Below, piece by piece: positions 59,357 to 64,000 of a DNA stretch of 64,000 nt. Source of the stretch: Desulfomonilia bacterium. GTDB taxonomy: Bacteria > Desulfobacterota > Desulfomonilia > UBA1062. The position numbers and the translations under genes are program-made. Each line of letters begins with the position of its first letter. Within the stretch, counting starts at the first letter, position 1. A model generated the notes under the pieces. That model worked only from the letters and a program-made list of their open reading frames with translations. It ran no database searches and was not told the DNA's origin. The DNA lies in NCBI GenBank assembly GCA_963664325.2, contig CAXXDQ010000002.1, positions 32,001-96,000 of the forward strand. Reading direction: 5' to 3'.

Positions 59357-60202
59357 TTACCTCCCAGACCTGCATGAACAGAGGTGGTTATAAGATTCTT
59401 TTTCCTGATCGAGATATATATTTTGTCTGTCAATAAGTTCCTTGAAGTCAACAAGATGCCCGTCAAATTCCGGACCATCAACGCAGACAAATTTGGTTTT
59501 ATCACCTACACTTACCCTGCATGCACCACACATGCCTGTTGCATCAACCATAATTGAATTTAATGAAACAACGGTGGGTATGTTATATTTTCTGGTAACA
59601 TCACAAACCGCCCGCATCATTGGCACTGGACCGATAGTGACAACCAAGTCTATATGTTGTTTTCCCGGCAGTAGATAATTATTCTCAAGTGCCTGGCTGA
59701 CAAAACCATGATAGCCATATGAACCGTCATCGGTTGAAACAATAAATTCGTCTGAGACGGCTTTCATCTCATCCTCAAGGATTAAAAGGTCTTTGGTTCT
59801 TGAACCGATTATGGATATTACATGATTTCCTGCCGCCTTCATCCCTTGTGTTATAGGGAAAATCGGTGCAATTCCAACTCCACCACCGATACAAGCTACG
59901 GTTCCGAACTTTTCAATATGCGTTGGTTTTCCAAGAGGTCCAACCAGATCAAGTATCTCCTGACCGGGTTCCATCTCAGAAAGAAGAGCTGTTGATTTGC
60001 CGACAACCTGAAAAATAAGTGTCAATGTTCCCTTTGCTGCATCCGCATCAGCAATTGTAAGAGGAATTCGTTCCCCGTATTCATGTATTCTTAAAACGAC
60101 AAATTGGCCGGGTTTCCTTTTTAATGCAATTTGCTTTGCATCGAATACAAATGAAAATACATTTTCCGATAACATCTTCTTTTCGATAATCTTTGCAGGC
60201 AT
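59357..60202 (-). CDS. nfnA: NfnA/SudB small subunit (PyrK-like FAD/[2Fe-2S])
   Basis: PGQFV, ERIPLTI, GPLG, GGGVG, TDDGS, MVDATGMCGACRV...CVDGPEFD. Confidence 0.87.
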   Translation of the reverse strand: MPAKIIEKKMLSENVFSFVFDAKQIALKRKPGQFVVLRIHEYGERIPLTIADADAAKGTLTLIFQVVGKSTALLSEMEPGQEILDLVGPLGKPTHIEKFGTVACIGGGVGIAPIFPITQGMKAAGNHVISIIGSRTKDLLILEDEMKAVSDEFIVSTDDGSYGYHGFVSQALENNYLLPGKQHIDLVVTIGPVPMMRAVCDVTRKYNIPTVVSLNSIMVDATGMCGACRVSVGDKTKFVCVDGPEFDGHLVDFKELIDRQNIYLDQEKESYNHLCSCRSGR

Positions 60203-60400
60203 GCATGCCTCCCGAGTAAGTTGATTTCTGTAAATATTTATATGTCAGCAGTTGTTTTTATACAAGCCCGACTTTGTGGTTGAACACTTTGATATTAATA
60301 TGCTTTTTATGATTTTTAAAACCGCCATTGGAAGTTTTCTTTCATTTATACATAGACTCTGCTGTTATTTTTAAAAGGTCACATTGGATTGTAAAGGTAA

Positions 60401-60433
60401 AGAAAAAGGGATGCTAATGCATCCCTTTTTTCT
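60401..60433. terminator. Bidirectional intrinsic terminator
   Basis: AGAAAAAGGGATGC-TAAT-GCATCCCTTTTTTCT, immediately after the stop codon of the Cache-domain gene. Confidence 0.8.
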
Positions 60434-61749
60434 CAATCTTTGTTTTCTTCATCTGAAGGAGGCATCACCTCTTCGTCATAGACTCTTTTGATTTGTCTGT
60501 GAATCCCTCTGGAAAGAATCAATGCAATCAGGAAGAGCAGTATTAATGATACTATTACAACCAATATTGTTGATTTCTGCCATTTCGCAACCTTATCTCT
60601 AATATCTTTTGCCTTTTCCTGGCTGAGGTTATGGTAGAGATTCACGTCAATAACCATACCGACCCAACCTATGCCTTTGGGCTTACTGAAGCCGTTTCCA
60701 TAATAAGGTATTGTGGCAAAAGCAACAAAGTAACTACTATTATCAAGGTTATATGTACGAGATCCGGATTTTCCCAAAGATGCTTCTTCATGAATCTTGG
60801 GCAAATTTTCATCTTTGAAACCAATTGATAAAAGATTCATATACCCTTCACCAGATGCTTCAAGGTTTTTATAATTATCTTCCTTAAGCATTGGTACAAT
60901 ATTATGATTTTTATCAAGGCCTATTATTAATGTATCGTCGGGATGCGATAAAATGTTGCCATCCCGGTCAACCAGAAAGACATAATTATTGTCTTTAGGA
61001 TTTACTGATGCAAATATCTTTTCCGGATCAGTTGGAACTGTGTGGTCAACAAACTCCCTGACATGCTGGAAATTCAGAGCCAATTCAATAACACCTGCAA
61101 ATCCAGATGAATCGAATACAGGCGTGGCAATGCGTTGGATACCTTCAAATTTTTTTCCGGAATCTACATCTTTTCTATTTACGTGGTATCCGACTACTGG
61201 TCCTATATAGAATTCACCAGGTGCAAGTGATTTTGCTATTTCAAAATAGTCTTCTTTCCCATATTCACCGTTGCCGGGATTTGACATATTTTTCAGACTT
61301 TCTTTTGGAACAACACCTGCATTAGTAATTTTAATCTGCTCCATGCCTGTTTTATCTAAAAAGGCAATTTCTTTGTAAATAGGCATGGGAACTTTTACTA
61401 AACCTATATCAGATGATTTAATTACGCCAAGATTATTAGTTGTCAGAAATGTTGTGTATGCTTTCTCATCTCTTGGAAGTATGGATGCAATTTTTATATC
61501 TTTTTCTCTATCTGTATAGAACTGAGCAATTCCTTCAGCTATATTCTTGGCTCTTAGTTCGACAGATTGTTTCTGCGGATTATCCAGAACTCTCAAATTT
61601 GCCTGTGTTGCTTCTTCTCCAACCTTGACCACTCCCTTGCTTATCACAATACCTGTTATTGTAAGAGGTAGTACTATCAGGATAAAAAAGCTTATCGCAA
61701 CACTTGCAAAATTAAGTTTAGTGTTTTTTTCTCCCTGATCCATAACCAT
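60433..61749 (-). CDS. Two-transmembrane extracytoplasmic Cache-like sensor lacking any output domain
   Basis: TM1, EDYF..A, ATPVFD...FAGVI, YVFLVD.DG.ILSHP, FATIPY, TM2, then only about 25 cytoplasmic residues. Confidence 0.7.
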   Translation of the reverse strand: MVMDQGEKNTKLNFASVAISFFILIVLPLTITGIVISKGVVKVGEEATQANLRVLDNPQKQSVELRAKNIAEGIAQFYTDREKDIKIASILPRDEKAYTTFLTTNNLGVIKSSDIGLVKVPMPIYKEIAFLDKTGMEQIKITNAGVVPKESLKNMSNPGNGEYGKEDYFEIAKSLAPGEFYIGPVVGYHVNRKDVDSGKKFEGIQRIATPVFDSSGFAGVIELALNFQHVREFVDHTVPTDPEKIFASVNPKDNNYVFLVDRDGNILSHPDDTLIIGLDKNHNIVPMLKEDNYKNLEASGEGYMNLLSIGFKDENLPKIHEEASLGKSGSRTYNLDNSSYFVAFATIPYYGNGFSKPKGIGWVGMVIDVNLYHNLSQEKAKDIRDKVAKWQKSTILVVIVSLILLFLIALILSRGIHRQIKRVYDEEVMPPSDEENKD

Positions 61750-61900
61750 CTCCTCGCCCTGTTATTACCAATAAAAATTAAATATGCTAAGCTCACCCCA
61801 AAAAGGAGAACAGATAACTGTTATATATGGTGAGTTTCTTCCTTCTTCCCAATTACGCATTTAATTTTTTATCATGCGTAAATTTAGCAGATACCTGGTA

Positions 61901-62266
61901 TTAACCAAGAACTACTGCTTTGAAAGGGTTAGCATAAAGGATAATCAGAGTAATAACCAGAGCATAGATGGCCACGGATTCTACCATTGCAAGACCAATC
62001 ATCATGGTCATCATAATTTTACCCTGAGACTGAGGATTTCTTCCAACAGCTTCGCTTGCTCCTGCAATTGCATTACCCATTCCAAGTCCAGTTCCGACTG
62101 TCCCTAGCCCCATACACAAACCTGCTCCGAGGATTGAAACGGCAATAAATATTACCTTTGTCCAGTCTGTGTAACCGGTTGCAACTGCAACTGTTTCAGC
62201 TGCCATTGCAGCACTTGATAAAACCAGGATCATGAAAACACAAAAAACAAAAATCTTCCTGCCCAT
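61901..62266 (-). CDS. atpE: F-type ATP synthase subunit c with an N-terminal signal-like extension
   Basis: GxGxGxG helix, RNP loop, ESVAIY carboxylate site, ILYANPF C-terminus. Confidence 0.92.
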   Translation of the reverse strand: MGRKIFVFCVFMILVLSSAAMAAETVAVATGYTDWTKVIFIAVSILGAGLCMGLGTVGTGLGMGNAIAGASEAVGRNPQSQGKIMMTMMIGLAMVESVAIYALVITLIILYANPFKAVVLG

Positions 62267-62387
62267 TAGTTTACTCCTTATATTAATATTTTTATTTAAT
62301 TTTGCTAATTTTACCCTGAATTCAAAACATTAGTCTGAATAGCGATTCATTTTATACACGATAGAATTTGGTGTTGCAAGGGAAAAT

Positions 62388-63944
62388 TTACCGCCTTGCA
62401 AGGTAACCGTTGAGGATATCCTTGTTGATTCCAGGCTCTTCTTCAACGGTTTTCAGGTCTATTTTTCCTGTTTTTATTGCATTCGCAAGGCTTTCTTCGA
62501 CCGGGAAATATTCACCTTGAAGAGATTGAGCCTGGCCCTTGATAAAATGAATTTTGTTTTCACGAATAAATTTTTGGACCCTTGCTTTTCCGAGGAGAAG
62601 TTCCCAGACGAGTGCCCCGCCTTTATTCTCTTGAGCTCCAATTCGTTTAATTGAGAAAACACCCATAAGAGAATGAGAGAACAGGGCCTTCATATTTTCA
62701 TCTGATAATAGAGAAAGATATTGGTCGGTAGTGCTGAAAACATCTATACCCAGCATTCCAACAATTACAAGAATTCCTTTCTGTGATGCCTGCAGCGCAA
62801 TTTTTGCCATAAAGGCATCAGTTACCTTTGAAAATACAAGGATATCAGGATCATATTTGAAAACATCTTCGAACAGTACTGATATATCTTTTGTTGTATC
62901 TTTTCCAATTTCGCGCTGAATAACATTTGCAAGTTTATGTTCATGGAGATATTCAATAGGGTCTTCAAACGTAACGATGTTGCAGCTTTTGTTTGAGTTT
63001 ATATAATCAATAACAGTAGCAATAGCTATGTTTTTCCCCTGTCCCACAGGACTTGAAACAATGAATAGTCCTGTTTGAGATGTTAGAGCTGACATTAAAA
63101 AATCAGGAAACCCCTGTGTCTTATAGTTTGGAATATCCTCAACGAGCTTGTGTGCATTTATTGACAGTTCTCCGTCACGGTGCATGAAAATGTATAGCCT
63201 GTATCTGCCGACCCCTCTTTTAATATAGGTAAATTCAACTTCCTTTCTTTCTCTCAATTCTTCGATATATTCTTCTGGCGTGATTTCCTTTATGATCTTA
63301 TCAATTTGGTCTGAGGTAAAGGCCGGAAGATTTGTTCTGGTAAAAATGGCATTTTTCCTGATTGCAGGTGGAGCCCCGATCGTAAGATGAAGGTCTGTCG
63401 TGTCAGGTTCATTTAAAAGCTTAAATATGTAAGTAGCATCGGTACTAATTATATTCATGACATTGGGGTTGCGATCAACGTTTTTCAGGTGAAGATTCAT
63501 CTGGCCATAACCTATTGAATTAAGTGCGGAGAGGATATCTTCCAGTTGGGCTTGAGAAGCCAAGATTACTTTAATATCGCGGTTTAGAAGAAATTTTACA
63601 TTATCAACAAGTACAAGGTTCATTGGGTCTGACATTGCAACCTTCACAACAGGACCTTCAATGGCAATTGGTACAGCCCTAAATTCTTTCATCCTGTCTT
63701 TAGGAATGATTAGCTGAGCCTCTTTAGTAATAATCTCATTTCTCATGTCAAGAAACGGGATACCAGTAAGGTTGCTTAAAATACCAAGGATCTGATCTTC
63801 TGAGAGATATCCTAGTTTTATTAGAGCTTCACCAAGTTTGAGGTCTTGCTTCTGTTGAGTTTCAAGGGCTGTTTTGAGCTTTTGTTCATCCAGGAGTCCA
63901 AGTTCGACCAACACTTCACCAATTCGTTTGCGAGTGTTTTCCAT
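62388..63944 (-). CDS. MshEN (c-di-GMP-binding) / GSPII_N domain fused to a degenerate PilT-like ATPase
   Basis: RIGEVLVELGLL....L..AL..Q and KLGEALIKLGYL half-sites, VAMSDP, then DLHL..G.PP.IR, EDPIE, QREIG.DT, DPD. Confidence 0.8.
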   Translation of the reverse strand: MENTRKRIGEVLVELGLLDEQKLKTALETQQKQDLKLGEALIKLGYLSEDQILGILSNLTGIPFLDMRNEIITKEAQLIIPKDRMKEFRAVPIAIEGPVVKVAMSDPMNLVLVDNVKFLLNRDIKVILASQAQLEDILSALNSIGYGQMNLHLKNVDRNPNVMNIISTDATYIFKLLNEPDTTDLHLTIGAPPAIRKNAIFTRTNLPAFTSDQIDKIIKEITPEEYIEELRERKEVEFTYIKRGVGRYRLYIFMHRDGELSINAHKLVEDIPNYKTQGFPDFLMSALTSQTGLFIVSSPVGQGKNIAIATVIDYINSNKSCNIVTFEDPIEYLHEHKLANVIQREIGKDTTKDISVLFEDVFKYDPDILVFSKVTDAFMAKIALQASQKGILVIVGMLGIDVFSTTDQYLSLLSDENMKALFSHSLMGVFSIKRIGAQENKGGALVWELLLGKARVQKFIRENKIHFIKGQAQSLQGEYFPVEESLANAIKTGKIDLKTVEEEPGINKDILNGYLARR

Positions 63945-64000
63945 GAAACTCTCCTTTTATAATCGGGTATCAGCGTAAAGCAAAGATACGAGTATTCTAT

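Overview
Chromosomal window from an anaerobic Gram-negative bacterium. The Kdo/LPS genes, tungsten-type AOR, NfnAB and the style of the moaE and atpE genes suggest a deltaproteobacterial (Desulfobacterota-like) organism, but the taxon is inferred. 1-12 kb is a housekeeping mix: DUF362, PIN-PhoH, a methyltransferase, greA with a leader terminator, a B12/iron ABC importer, rmuC, a YgiQ radical SAM protein and an extended FlgM-like gene behind a sigma28 promoter. 12-22 kb is a redox cluster (COG1233 flavoprotein, FAD/NAD-2Fe2S reductase, Cys-rich miniprotein, AOR, polyferredoxin, DUF763, moaE) plus a PAS kinase/sigma54 activator pair. 22-52 kb holds macro-kdsB-waaA and a ~27 kb surface-glycan locus with CDP-3,6-dideoxy/yersiniose-type, GDP-fucose/colitose-type and L-QuiNAc-type pathways, including three clustered +1 homopolymer frameshifts. 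52-55 kb holds tadA, two tRNA-Ser genes, SRP RNA and dnaX. 55-64 kb holds an S58 peptidase, a Sel1-repeat protein, DRTGG-nfnAB, an output-less Cache sensor, a solitary atpE and an MshEN-PilT fusion with degenerate catalytic motifs. No CRISPR array, rRNA or intact mobile element was seen. All calls come from motif recognition by eye; no database search was run.
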